In this document: positions 1-12,200 of the stretch, in pieces
Layout of the letters: each line of letters begins with the position of its first letter
Numbering within the stretch: the stretch's first letter is position 1
Assembly (NCBI GenBank): GCA_051313645.2
Contig: JBNRSN020000005.1
Span: 141,236,001-141,300,000 of the forward strand
From: Centroscyllium fabricii
Lineage: Eukaryota
Reading direction: 5' to 3'
Length of the DNA stretch: 64,000 bases
Program-made: the position numbers and the translations under genes
The notes under the pieces: generated by a model
What the model saw: the letters and a program-made list of their open reading frames with translations, nothing else
Databases searched by the model: none
What the model was told of the DNA's origin: nothing

Positions 1-252
1 TAGTTTCTCTATGTCCCTTTGTTAATTTACATCTTTAATCAACTTTTAATCTGTTCCCATAGTTGAAGCTCACTCCTCTCTGTTCCCATAGCCTTGGAGT
101 TTTCAAACCGTCTAGAATATGCTGCAATTATATTTGATTTAATTCTATTTGAGACATTTTCAGTTTTACCCTGTTAACCCTTTGGTGGCGTTTCTTATAC
201 CTTTTAAATTCAAAGAGTCTTTAGTCCAAGCATCCAAAATTTTACTCCAACA

Positions 253-1798
253 CAGATGAAGGGACCCAGTGTAATCTATCCAAGTTTGCTGATAACACAA
301 AGCTTGGTGGGACAGTAAGCTGTGAGGAGAACACAACGAGCCTGCAAAGGGATATAGATAAACTAAGTGAGTGGGCAGTAAGGTGGCAGATGTAATATCG
401 GGAAATGTGAGGTTATTCACTTTGGTAGGAAGAATAGAAAACAGAATATTTTTTGAATGGTGAGAAACTTTCAAATGTTGGTGTTGAGAGAGATTTGGGC
501 GTCCTCGTGCAAGAAACACAGAAAGCTAGCACGCAGGTACAGTAAGCAATAAGGAAGGCAAATGGCATGTTGGCCTTTATTACAAGGGTGTTGGAGTATA
601 AGAGTAAAGAAGTCTTGCTACAATTGTACAGGGCCTTGGTGAGACCACACCTGGAATACTGTGCACACTTTTGGTCTCCTCACCTAAGGAAGGATCTACT
701 TGCTTTGGAGGTGGTGCATCGAAGGATCACTAGATTGATTCCTGGGGTGAGAGGGCTGTCCTATGATGAGGGATTATGTTGAATGGGCCTATACTCTCTG
801 GAGTTCAGAAGAATGAGAGGTAACCTCATTGAAACATACAAGATTCTGAAATGGATTTACAGGGTAGAGGCTGAGAGGTTATTTCCCCTGGCTGGAGTGT
901 CTGGAACTAGGGGGCATAGTCTCAGGATAAGGAGTAGGATATTTAAGACTGAGATGAGGAGGAATTTCTTCATTCAGAGGGTTGTGAATCTTTGGTATTT
1001 TTTGCCCCAGAGGGCTGTGAATGCTGAATCTTTGAGTATATTCAAGTCTGAGATAGATAGATTTTTGGACTCTAGGGGAATCAAGGGATATGGCGACCGG
1101 GGCATAGAGTACAAAAGCAAGGAGGTTATGATGATCCTTTATAAAACATTGGTTTAGCCTCAACTGGAGTACTGAGTCTAGACAGAGTAGAGAGAGAGAA
1201 ACTGTTCCCATTGGTGGAAGGGTCAAGAACCAGAGGACACAGATAAGGTGATTGGCAAAAGAACCGAAGGCGACATCAGAATAAAACTTTTTTATGCAGC
1301 AAATGGTTCGGATCTGGAATGCACTGCCTGAAAGGGTGGTGAAGGCAGATTCAAGCATGGCTTTCAAAGATGAATTGGATAAGTACTGTGGTAAACCACT
1401 GTATTGTATTATAGTTCACTCTGTACTGTATTATAGTTCACTCTACCTGTTGCATGTAACCTGTCTGGACATGCCCCTGCTGACTCCGCCTGTGGCTCCT
1501 CCCCCAGACCCAGGTATAAAGGTGACCATCTCCCAAACCCCCTTCAGTCCTGGACCAGTAGATCAGTAGAGGTATGCTCCTGTTCTTGAGTGAATAAAAG
1601 CCTATCTATTACTTGTGTAACTTCTAGTCTTCTGGAGTTATTGATAGTGCATCAAGTACCAGAAGGAAAAGCATTTGCAGGGCTATGGATAAAAAGTGGG
1701 GGTGTGGGACTAGCTGAAGTTCTCTTGCAGAGACCTGGCATGAACTCGACGGGCCAAATGGCATCCTTCTGTGCTGTAACCATTCTATGATTCTATGA
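253..1798 (+). mobile_element. Two adjacent 3' fragments of CR1/HER1-type LINEs (RT C-terminus and 3' UTR), the second interrupted by a solo LTR
   Basis: ORFs 567-782 and 783-1157 give CR1 ORF2 C-terminal motifs (LYRALVRPHLEYC, GLYSLEFRRMRG, RRNFFIQRVVNLW) broken by stops; (TTCTATGA)n tail at ~1782-1798. Confidence 0.9.
1387..1654 (+). mobile_element. Solo LTR (268 bp) of a Gypsy element
   Basis: TG...CA ends, 5-bp TSD AGTAC on both sides, TATAAA at ~1514, AATAAA at ~1593. Confidence 0.9.
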
Positions 1799-2410
1799 GT
1801 GACAGAGACACAGACAGAGAGTGAAAGTGAGTGTCACACAGAGGGAAAGTCACAAAGGGCAGACAGAGTTAGACAAAGAGAGAGTGAGAAACAGACACAC
1901 AGAGAGACAGTGAGAGACTGAGAAGAGAGAGGACAGAGAAGGAGAGGACAGAGAGAGAGAGATAGAGCCAGGCAAAGAGAGAGCAGGGGGGACAGAGAGA
2001 GATATGGACAAAGAGAGAGAGAGAGATGTAGAGAGTGAGACAGAGAGAGGCCTAGAGACAGACAGAGAGAGTAAGAGATAGATAGGTAGAGACAGTCAGA
2101 GAGAGAGGGACAGAGGGTGAGAGAGAGACAGACAGAGAGAGAGTACAGCGTGAAGGAGATAGAGCCGGACAGATAGAGAGAGAGACATAAACAGAGAAAA
2201 GAAGAGCTGGAGAGACAGAGATAAAGAAAGGCTGATAGGGACATAGAGAGAGAAAGAGAGAGGGACACAGAGAGGAAAGAAAGAGAGAGAAGCTAGAGAG
2301 AGGGTGTCAGATTCTGAGAGAGAGAAAGAGAGACAGAGAGAGAGAGGGACAGAGCGAGATAGAGAATGAAACAGAGGGTGAGAGAGATAGTGAAAGATCG
2401 GGGGAGAGAA
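1797..2410. repeat. Degenerate GA-rich simple repeat
   Basis: About 600 bp of interrupted (GA)n/(GACA)n. Confidence 0.95.
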
Positions 2411-3272
2411 ATGGGGGAGTGAGGGTCCAGGTGCGTGTAATCCATTCCCAGGGACTGAGTGACAGCCACACTTTGGAACAACAGGCAACGCACATGTACA
2501 ATGGCCACTGGAAGGAGACTAAAACAAATAAGGTTTAGGCCGGTGGTGGGACAATAATGTGAGAAAATAATTTTTTTTAATTCAGAAAGTTATTTAAAGC
2601 CAGAAAAAAATACAGGAAAGTGATGTTAAATGTCCCCCGGTAAGTTCCAATTAATTTTGGCAGGTGTTCTCCCCTTTTGCCAGGTGTTGTCCCCTTTCAG
2701 AAAGAGTTTATCAGGGTTATTTAAAACATGTTATGAGAGAGGGGAAAATGTTTGCAGCCCCTGTTGGTACCTCAGAGTCTGTGAGAGACGGAAGGAATGG
2801 CAGCAGAAAAAGAGGAAAAAACTTCTCCAAAACTGATGCCAACTCATCACCAAGGCTGGGGATAGATAACATCACCGCCTTCTTAGGAAGTTTAACCACT
2901 TTATTCACACTCTTACCTGAGCTCTGTTTGGAATTAGAGGTTATTTTATTCTTTTTTTGTTCTATGTTTAACAACAGCATTGAAGAGGGAAAGATAGACT
3001 TGGAACAACTTCTTCAGTCAAAGCTGCAACGAGACTTGAACTTTTCATAAAAAATGAGTGTTAAAAACACATTTTTCTCCACTAAGCTTCGGTATGATTT
3101 TGGAAGAAACAGAAACAAAAATCAATTTTCCCCTCATCTGAACCGGTTTCAGCCAGATATTAAAGTCCAAACGCTTTTAAAGAAAGTCTGAACTACTTAA
3201 ACTATTTTAAAGTTGATATTTCTCAATATTTGATTTTGAAAGATCGACTGAAGTAAGTAGCTTTACACAAAC

Positions 3273-4180
3273 ATGGACCTAGTCCGGTCCTTCCACTCGG
3301 TGAACATCTGGGAAAATCTCCATCCCGACTCCAGTGCCTTCACCAGCGTGAGGCCTGGAGGAGGAAAGTCCAGAATCGACCGCATTTACTTTCCCTGGGC
3401 GAACATCTCCTGCTTTCCGGCGGCATCCCTGCGGCCGGTGCCATGTTCGAACCACCACCTGGTGCGGGCGGGACTCGTTCCACTCTGCATTTTAACAACT
3501 TGCTACTGGAGGACGAGCGGCTCCGCGATTCGGTCCGTCGGTTCTGGGCTGACTGGAGAAGGAAGCAGGGGGGCTTCCCCTCCTTGAGGCTATGGTGGGA
3601 TCTGGGCATGGCTCGCGTTGGGTGGTTGGAGCGTGAGGTGCTCGACCTGGAGTCAAGTTGTCGAAGACCCGGCCCTGCGGAAGGTGGATGAAGAGGAGAA
3701 GGGCTTGCTGAAGGACCTGCAGCTCGTCAGGTCCCAAGGAGCATACCTCTGGGACCTGGACAGCGGCTCACCCTTATTCAACTTGCTGTAAAAAAGACAG
3801 GAGGTCTGTCAGCAGCTCTTGGGGCTGCAGGCCGACGACGGATCTCTGAATGGATCCCGAGGGCTTCAGTGCAGAGGCCCATGCCTACTACCAGGCTCTG
3901 TTCTCTCCAGATCTGTCCAGCGACAATGCGTGCAGCCTTTTGTGGGAAGAACTGCCGGAGCTCGTTCTGGAGGGCGCTGAACAGCTGGACGCTCCGCTGA
4001 GCCTGGTAGAGCTGCCCGGTGCCCTCGGCCAGATTTCAAGGGGCAAATAACTGGCGCTGGACGGGCTGACTGTGGAGTTCCATAGGGTGATCTGGGATGT
4101 CCTGCGGGTGGGGGAGTGAATACACACGGGTCCTGGGGGAAAGTCTGGTGACCGGGGAGATGCCCCTGTAGGGGTTATCC
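3273..4180 (+). mobile_element. Degenerate Tx1-like (L1 group) LINE ORF2 fragment
   Basis: SRIDRIYFP endonuclease end, HFNNLLLEDE...FWADWRRKQGGFPSLRLWWD, YYQALFSPD and DGLTVEF motifs across frameshifts. Confidence 0.8.
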
Positions 4181-4199
4181 AACCGCCTACTTAAAGATT

Positions 4200-5083
4200 T
4201 TGCCAAAGAAACGCAGTGCACTGGAGCACAGGTAAAACAGGTCTTTGTTCGTCAAACTCCATACAACGACTGTTGGAAAAGAGCGCAAAAGCGCGAAGCA
4301 TTCTGGGAAAAGTGATGGACGGTTCCTTAGGCCACTCAGGAATCAGGACAGGGATGCTGGCTGCCCAATAGGAAAAGGTGGCGTCGCGGAGGCCTGGTAA
4401 TGAGAGAAGCCTGCGGGCCCTCTCCTCCCTGGTCAGGCTGTAAGCCTGCAGCAAGCGGCCCTTAATGGTTGAGTACTTGCCGATCTGTGGTGGGTTCCCC
4501 AGCAGGTCGAGAACTGGCGGTTCGCGGTGGTGGAGCTTGCTAGTGCTGAGACTACGTGGAGGTACTTTTCTTCATCATCTTGAACCCTGCAAAGGGTGAA
4601 TTGGGCCTCTGTTTGCGCGAACCAAGCTGGTGCTTGGTGTTCCCACAAGGTGGGGAGCTTCAAGGACACGGCGCCGGCCGACATCGGGCTGTTGCTGGTT
4701 GCCATCGGGTCGTTGCTGGCCTCTGTAGGGCTACGTGAGTCGGGGGCTTCATCCGCTGACATTTGGGGTCACCAATGTGGGAGGCTACGGTCTTCCACGT
4801 AAAGAAATAGTCAACACAGCGAGCTACAAGAAATAGGTCTTTACTCCAACTCTCACAATACAGTACTGAATTCGTAAAGGCCGCGAACCTGTGATGACTC
4901 ACGGGTTGGTCACCTGCTCGAACCTGATTCGTTTTCCTTCTCTCAGCAGCAGGCAAGTCTGAAGATGCCTTATTCTCCTCAGCTTGCAACTGTCTGTGGG
5001 GGGAGGGGAATACAGCTGTTAAAAGGGGATTATACTGGTTTATCTACATACACACACTGCTTCCCCAATGTGGCAAAGCCACA
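4200..5083 (-). mobile_element. Truncated Gypsy (CsRn1-like): 5' LTR 5083-4776, tRNA-Trp PBS, gag fragment
   Basis: TGTGG...CCACA LTR; TGGTGACCCC PBS; gag N-terminus AVSLKLPTLWEHQAPAWFAQTEAQF; homologous to 51444-53063. Confidence 0.8.
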
Positions 5084-5329
5084 CATGAATAGATATGACT
5101 CTTTTAGCTCAACTTGGGCTTTTGGATTGCTTGTTGATGCATAACTGCATAAATGAGTGATGTTTCTGAAGTTTCAATGTGTTATTATGCAGTTCTTTTC
5201 TATCCCAGTAATTTCTGACCAGTAATTTCTTTTTAAATGGGTTTGTACAAGACGAACTAAAAGCTTTTAATTAATTCAACTGTAAACAAACTTGCAGAAT
5301 GAAAATGGAAATGACAAATAAATTTCAAA

Positions 5330-5570
5330 AATAGGAAGTGTGAGATGGTGCTTTTTGGAAGGAAGAATATGGAGGCTACCTACTCTTTAGAAAATAAGAG
5401 TCTAAATGGAGTTGAGGTGCAAAGGGATCTAGGGGTATAGATTTACAAATCATTAAAAGAGCAATGCAGGTTAAAAAAAGTCATAAAAGTGCAAACAAAG
5501 CACTGCGGTTCATTTCTAGAGTAATAGAATTCAAAAGCTGAGAAGTTATAAAACTTGTATAGAACCTTCC
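5330..5570 (+). mobile_element. Short degenerate CR1 fragment
   Basis: Similarity to other CR1 RT C-terminal copies (gaagtgtgag...ttttggaaggaagaat, agggatctagggg). Confidence 0.6.
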
Positions 5571-7181
5571 CTGATAGTCTCATGATTTGAGACGGTGCAG
5601 TGACAATATGTCATTACTATATTGTCGTAAAACACAACTTCAGAAATAACTTAGGAAAAGTTACTGGTCGGCCAGCTGAGGGCGCCGACCGGGGAGTATA
5701 AATACTCGGGCATGGGCCCACCTTGGCCAGAGACAATCTGAAACCAGGAAGTTAGTGACTGCTAACTAGCTCTCTTTATGTTGTGTTATTAGTCGAATAA
5801 AGCCTTGCTTTATATTCAACCAAGAGCATAGTAAGTCTTTATTACGTCAATTTATTTGATCTATTGTCTCCACGCTTGGGTGATTCAGAACAACCAGTTG
5901 CAACTCAACCTTAGGAAGGAACTTGGCAAGGAATTGAAACCATCATGAAAAAACTCCCGAGACCCGCTTGCCTTGACCTAGACCCGAATGCACCTGCAGC
6001 AGCAAAGGTATGGAAGCATTGGTTTCATCGTTTAGCAAATTTGTTGAAGAATGTGGGGCAAATGTCTCTATTAAATTACGAATGCTTATCAACTACGTGT
6101 CCCCTCATGTATATGATTATATTGAGGACTGTACAGACTACGACACTGCTTTCCAAATTTTATAGCAGCTGTATGCCAAATCTCTGAATGAAATCTTTAC
6201 ACGACACCTACTGGCCACAACTCAGCAGCAGCTGGGGGAATCACTTGACAAATTCCTCCAGAAACTTCGTAGGCCTAGTAAAGACTGTAACTTTAAGGCT
6301 ATTACGGCTGAACAATATCAAGAGGAACTCATCGTCGATTCCTTTATCAATGGGATTGTGGCTCCTTTTATACATCAGCGCCTGCTGGAAAATAAATTCT
6401 CGATTTACAGGCTGCCTACAACCAGGCGTGCACTTTGGAGCTAGCCAAAAAAAATGAAGATGCTTATCTCCCACCGCGTGCACGGGCGATGGCTATCACT
6501 AGAAAGGAATCCTTCGATAGTTCTCGGGCGGAAGACCTCACTGATGATGACTCTACTTTAACAGACGATGACCCTACCCCTGAGGCCATCACTGATGCCG
6601 ACCCCACCCTAGCAGCATCCTGGCAATCAAACAAAAAGTGTTTCTTTTGTGGAAGTACGTTTCATTGCAGAAAATTTTGTCCGGCTCGAAATGTGACCTG
6701 CAACTATTGCAGCAAAAAAGAACACTTCTCCAAGGTATGCCAGTCAAAAGCCTCTGTTAGCAAGAAAGGCCGCTCCCCTAGAGTATACCAGTCGAGAGCT
6801 CCTGTCAGCTTCACAGCTGCCCTCTATGGAACTGCTGCTCCCCCGAGAACCTCCCGTCTGGCTGCAGCTGCTGAGGATAAAACTGCCCCTCCCCCTATCA
6901 CAGCTATTTTACCACAAAGTTTGTCCTATGCAGCCATGAAAGTTTCGATCAATGGACACACTCTGAGCGCATTAATTGAATCCTGCAGCTCTGAAAGCTT
7001 CATCAGTAATCGGGCTTTCAGCAGGTTAAAACTGCATATTTTCCCCTCAGAGAGAGAGATTGCGATGGCTTTGGCGACTCTGACTACCAATTCTTCTGGA
7101 TTCTGTCTTGTCACCCTCATCCTCAATGGTCGCACCTATCCCTCTACCCGGCTTGGAATACTCGAACATTTATGCAGTGAT

Positions 7182-7802
7182 ATAGTATACAAAAGTAGGG
7201 AGGTAATGTTAAACTTGTATAACATGCTGGTGAGACCTCAGCTAGAGTACTGTGTGCAATTCTGGTCACCGCACTTCAGGAAGGATGTGGTTGCCCTGGA
7301 GAGGGTGCAGAGAAGGTTTACCAGGATGATACCTGGTCTGGGGGACTTATGCTACGAGGAAAGGCTGGACAGGCTGAGGTTGTTTGCCTTGGAGAAGAGA
7401 AGATTGAGGGGTGACATGATTGAGGTGTACAGGATCATGAGAGGACACGATAGGGTGGATAAAGGGGCATTGTTTCCCTTGGTGGGAGAGTCAAATACTA
7501 GGGGACATAGATTCAAGATTATGGGGGGGAGGTTTAGGGGGGAGGTAAGGAAAAATGTCTTTACTCAGAGGGTGGTGGAAGTGTGGAACTCCCTGCCTGT
7601 AAGGGTGGTGGAGGCAGAAATCATCGCAACATTTAAAAAATATTTGGACCAGCACATGAAGGACCGTAAGATACAGGGTTATGGGCCAGGTGCGGGCAAA
7701 TGGGGTTAGCATAGTGAGGAGTTTCCTGGGCCGGTGCGGACTGGATGGGCCGAATGGCCTTTATCCGCACTGTAAAGTTTCTATGATTCTATGATTCTAT
7801 GA
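7182..7802 (+). mobile_element. 5'-truncated CR1 inserted in the old Gypsy protease region
   Basis: YKSREVMLNLY...RPQLEYCVQFWSP to stop 7709; (TTCTATGA)n tail 7778-7802. Confidence 0.92.
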
Positions 7803-8007
7803 TGTGCTTCTGGGATAAGATTTCCAGAAGCAGCACAAACGTCTCACTTTTGAGTTTGGAGGGTCGAGGCCAGAGCTTACTATTTCTAAGGCGCCATTTT
7901 GTGCGCTTCCAGTGGCCTTGCTCGGCGAGCCCTCCATATTTCCCAATCTCTCCCCCCGCTGTAAACCCATAGCCAGCAGATAATGGCAATTCAGCCAGGA
8001 TGATCGA

Positions 8008-8845
8008 GTTGGCCAGATCACCAACAACGACGAGTCAGCCTACAGGGATGAGATCCAGCACCTTGTGGGTTGGTGTGCCAACAACAACCTGGCACTGAAC
8101 ACCAAGAAAACGAAGGAGATCATAGTGGACTTCCGGAGGACTGGAAGCAGAAGACACACACCCATCTTCATCCAAGGGGCTGAGGTGGAAAGGGTGTCCA
8201 GCTTCAAGTTCCTCGTAGTCCACATCTCGGAAGATCTCTCCTGGTCATTAACACCTCCTCTCTGGTTAAGAAGGCCCAACAGCGCCTGTACTTCCTTAGG
8301 AAGCTGAAGAAAGCCAGGCTGTCATCCGGCATCCTCTCCAACTTCTACCGCTGCACAATAGAAAGCATACTGACAAGCTGCATCACTGTCTGGTATGGTA
8401 ATTGCACTATCTCGGACCGGAAAACCCTGCAGCGGGTAGTCAAAACTGCCCAACGAATTACCGGTACACAGCTACCGTCAGTGGAAAGCATCTACCTCAA
8501 ACGCTGCTTACGGAGGTCTATGAACATTATAAAAGACCCCACACACCCCAGCCACAGTGTGTTCGCCCCTCTGCCCTCCGGGAGACGCTACAGAGCAATT
8601 TGCACCCGCACGACTAGATTTCAGAACAGCTTCTTCCCCAGTGCTGTCAGCCTCCTGAACTCTAAAAAGAAACTCCGGTACCTGCACGCCTGATAATGAA
8701 CTTTACTGTATGCAATTTATTTATGTAATTTATTTCTTTTGTCTACACTACTCTCGGGAGAGTCGAGTCTTCGTCTCGTTGTATTGTACTAGTACTCTGC
8801 AATGACAATAAAACTTGAATTGAATTGAATTGAATTGAATTGAAT
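8008..8845 (+). mobile_element. Rex1/Babar LINE 3' fragment
   Basis: WCANNNLALNTKKTKEIIVDFRR, FKFL, PLPSGRRYR...FQNSFFP motifs; (TTGAA)n tail. Confidence 0.9.
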
Positions 8846-9226
8846 TTATCAGGCAGAAATCTCTCGCCTCTTAGCTGACGGAATCATAGAGCCATGTTCG
8901 TCACCCTAGCGGGCTCAAGTCATCGTTGTGAAGAACTCTTTAAAACAAAAGAAACATCTGTGTATTGACTACTTGCAGACTATCAACCAATATACTGATC
9001 TGGATGCCTACCCGCTACCACGCATGGATGATATGGTCAACAACCTTGCCAAATACAAGGTATTCTCAACCATCAATTAAAAAATCGCATACCATCAGGT
9101 ACCAGTGAAAGACTCAGACAAGAAGTATATGGCCTCTGAGACCAATGGTCGGCTTTATCAGTTTTGTCGCCTTCCATTTGGGGTCACTAATGGGGTGGCT
9201 GTCTTTGAACAAGCAATGGATGACTT

Positions 9227-12200
9227 AAGAACATAAGAACATAAGAAATAGGAGCAGGAGTAGGCCAATCGGCCCCTCGAGCCTGCTCCGCCATTGAACA
9301 AGGTCATGGCTGATCTGATCCTAACCTCAATTTTATTTTTACTCTCCATCCTGCCCAAACCCATGTGATCACCCGGGAGAGGCGGAAAACCTGCTAAAAA
9401 ACCCAATGGCCAACTTGGGAGAAAAAATCTGGGAAATTCCTCTCCGACCCATCTAGGCGATCGGAAACTGGTCCAGGAGATCACATGGCCGATCTGAATC
9501 TAGCCTCAGGTCAACTTACCTGCCCGCTCACCATAACCCCTAATTCACTTTACTGCCAGGAAACTGTCTATCTTTGTTTTAAATGAATTCAATGCAGTAG
9601 CCTCCACAGCTCTCTGAGGCAGCAAATTCCACAGCCCCACCACCCCCTGAGTGAAGAAGTTTCTCCTCATCTCAGTTTTGAAATGGTAGCCCCTTATTTT
9701 AAGATCATGCCCCCTAGTCCTAGCTTCACCTACCATTGGGAACCTCCTCACCGCATCCACCCGATCAAGCCCTCTCACAATCTTATATGTTTCAATAAGA
9801 TCGCCTCTCATTCTTCTGAACTCCAATGAGTAGAGGCCCAATCTACTCAGCCTCTCATCATATGTCAGCCCCCTCATCCCCATAATTAACCTAGTGAACC
9901 TTCTTTGCACTGCCTCGAGAGAAAGTATGTCCTTTCTTAAATATGGATACCAGAACTGCACGCAGTACTCCAGGTGTGGACCCTATACAACTGCAGCAAG
10001 ACCTCCCTGCTTTTATACTCCATCCCCTTAGCAATAAAAGCCAACATTCCATTGGCCTTCCTGACCACCTGCTGCACCTGCATATTAACTTTTTGTGTTT
10101 CCTGCACCAGGACCCCCAGATCCCTTTGCACTAAAGTACTTTCCAGTTTCTTTCCATTTAGATAATAACTCGCTCTATTATTTTTCCTGCCAAAGTGCAT
10201 AACTTCACACTTTCCAGTATTATATTCCATCTGCCAAATCTCCGCCCACTCACTTAGCCTATCTATGTCCTTTTGCAGGTTTTTAATGTCCTCCTCACTC
10301 ATCACCCTCCCTCCCATCTTTGTGTCATCCGCAAACTTCGATATGTTGCACTCGGTCCCTTCCTCCAAATCATTATTATACATTGTAAAGAGTTGGGATC
10401 CCAGCCCCGACCCCTGCGGAACACCACTAGACACTGACTGCCAGTCTGAGAAGGAACCATTTATCCCAACTCTGTTTTCTAGTAGAAAGCCAATCCTCCA
10501 CCCATGCCAGAATATTACCCCCAAACCCATGATTTTTTATCTTGAGTAATAATCTTTTGTGTGGCACCTTGTCAAATGCCTTTTGGAAGTCTAAAAACAC
10601 TACATCCACTGGTTCTCCTTTATCCACCCTTTATGTTATGTCCTCAAACAACTCTAGCAAATTTGTCAAACATGACTTCCACTTTGTAAAACCGTTCTGA
10701 TGTCCTGTTAAATTATGTTTATCCAAATGCCCTGTTACTGTTTCCTTAATAATGGATTCTAACGTTTTGCCAACCACAGATGTTAGGCTAACTGGTCTAT
10801 AATTTCCAGCCTTCTCTCTATTACCCTTTTTAATCAAAGGTGTTACATTAGCAGGTTTCCAATCTGCCGGGACCTTTCCCGAGTCCGGAGAGTTTTGAAA
10901 AATTATTACCAATGCATCCACAATCCCTACCGCCACTTCCCTCAAGACCCTAGGATTTAAGCCATCAGGTCCAGGGGACTTATCCTCCTTAAGCCCCATT
11001 ATTTTACCGAGTACCACTTCCTTCGTGACTTTAATTGTAATTAGCTCCTCCCCCCCGAGCCACCTGTTTATCCAATGTTGGGATATTTTGAGTGTCCTCT
11101 GCTGTAAAGACTGATACAAAATATTTGTTCAGCGTTTTTGCCATCTCCATGTCCCCTATCATTAATTTCCCAGTCTCATCCTCTAAGGGACCAACATTTA
11201 CTTTAGCCACCCTTTTTCTTTTTATGTAACTAGAGAAACTCTTGCTATGTTTTTATATTTTTTGCTAATTTACTTTCATAATCTATCTTCCCTTTCTTAA
11301 TCAATCTTTTTGTTATTCTTTGCTGACATTTAAAAGCTTCCCGATCTTCTATCTTCACACTAGATTTAGCTACCTTATGTGACCTTGTTTTTAGTCGGGT
11401 ACTCTCCTTTATTACTTTACTTAGCCACGGATAGCTGTTTTTTCTTTTACACCCTTTTTTCCTCAGTGGAATATATTTTTCTTGAAAGTTGTAAAATAAC
11501 TCCTTGAATACACGCCACTGATCATGTACCGTTTTACCCTTTACTCTGTTTTCCCAGTCCACCTTAATCAAGTCTGCTCTCATACCATCATAGTCTCCTT
11601 TATTTAAGCTCAGTACGCTTGTTTGAGATCCAACCCTCTCACCCTCTAATTGAATTTGGAATTCGACCATGTTATGGTCACCCATTCCAAGGGGATCCTT
11701 TACTAGGACATTTTTTTATTAATCCTGTCCATTACACAGGACCAGATCTAAGATTGCTTGCCCCCTGGTCGGCTCAGTTACGTACTGTTCAAGGAACCCA
11801 TCCCTAATACACTCAATGAACTCTTCCTCAAGGCTGCCCTGTACAACTTGATTAGTCCAGTCAATATGAAAGTTAAAATCCCCCATAATTATATCTGTTC
11901 CCTTATTACAAGCCCCAACTATTTCCTGATTTATACTCCAACCAACTGAGTTACAACTGTTTGGAGGCCTATAGACTACGCTCACTGGTGTTTTCTTCCC
12001 TTTATTATTTCTTATTTCCACCCAAACTGTTTCACTATCCTGATCCTTTGAGCCAATATCATTTTGCTGTATTGTTGTGATTCCTTGCCTTATTAACATA
12101 GCCACCCCACCTCCCTTTCCTTCCTGCCTGTCCCTCCTAATCGTTACATACCCTTGTATGTTTAATTCCCAGTCCTGGTCACCTTGTAGCCATGTTTCTG

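Larger units (their letters stand above)
253..4434 (+). repeat. Segmental duplication copy 1 (partner at 58680-62874, offset ~58.43 kb)
   Basis: Collinear near-identity with 58680-62874; matching ORFs such as 567-782 vs 58994-59209 and 2664-3050 vs 61105-61491; about 1-3% divergence by eye. Confidence 0.97.

Noticed and set aside
1834-2508. Ser/Leu/Cys-rich ORFs (also 60261-60949 and 35181-35507)
   Set aside because: Translations of GA/CT simple repeats.
6435-7709. 424-aa ORF fusing Gypsy gag/protease to a CR1 RT C-terminus
   Set aside because: Chance in-frame junction from a CR1 insertion; upstream gag is broken, the protease Asp is lost (LIESCS) and the annotated start is TTG.
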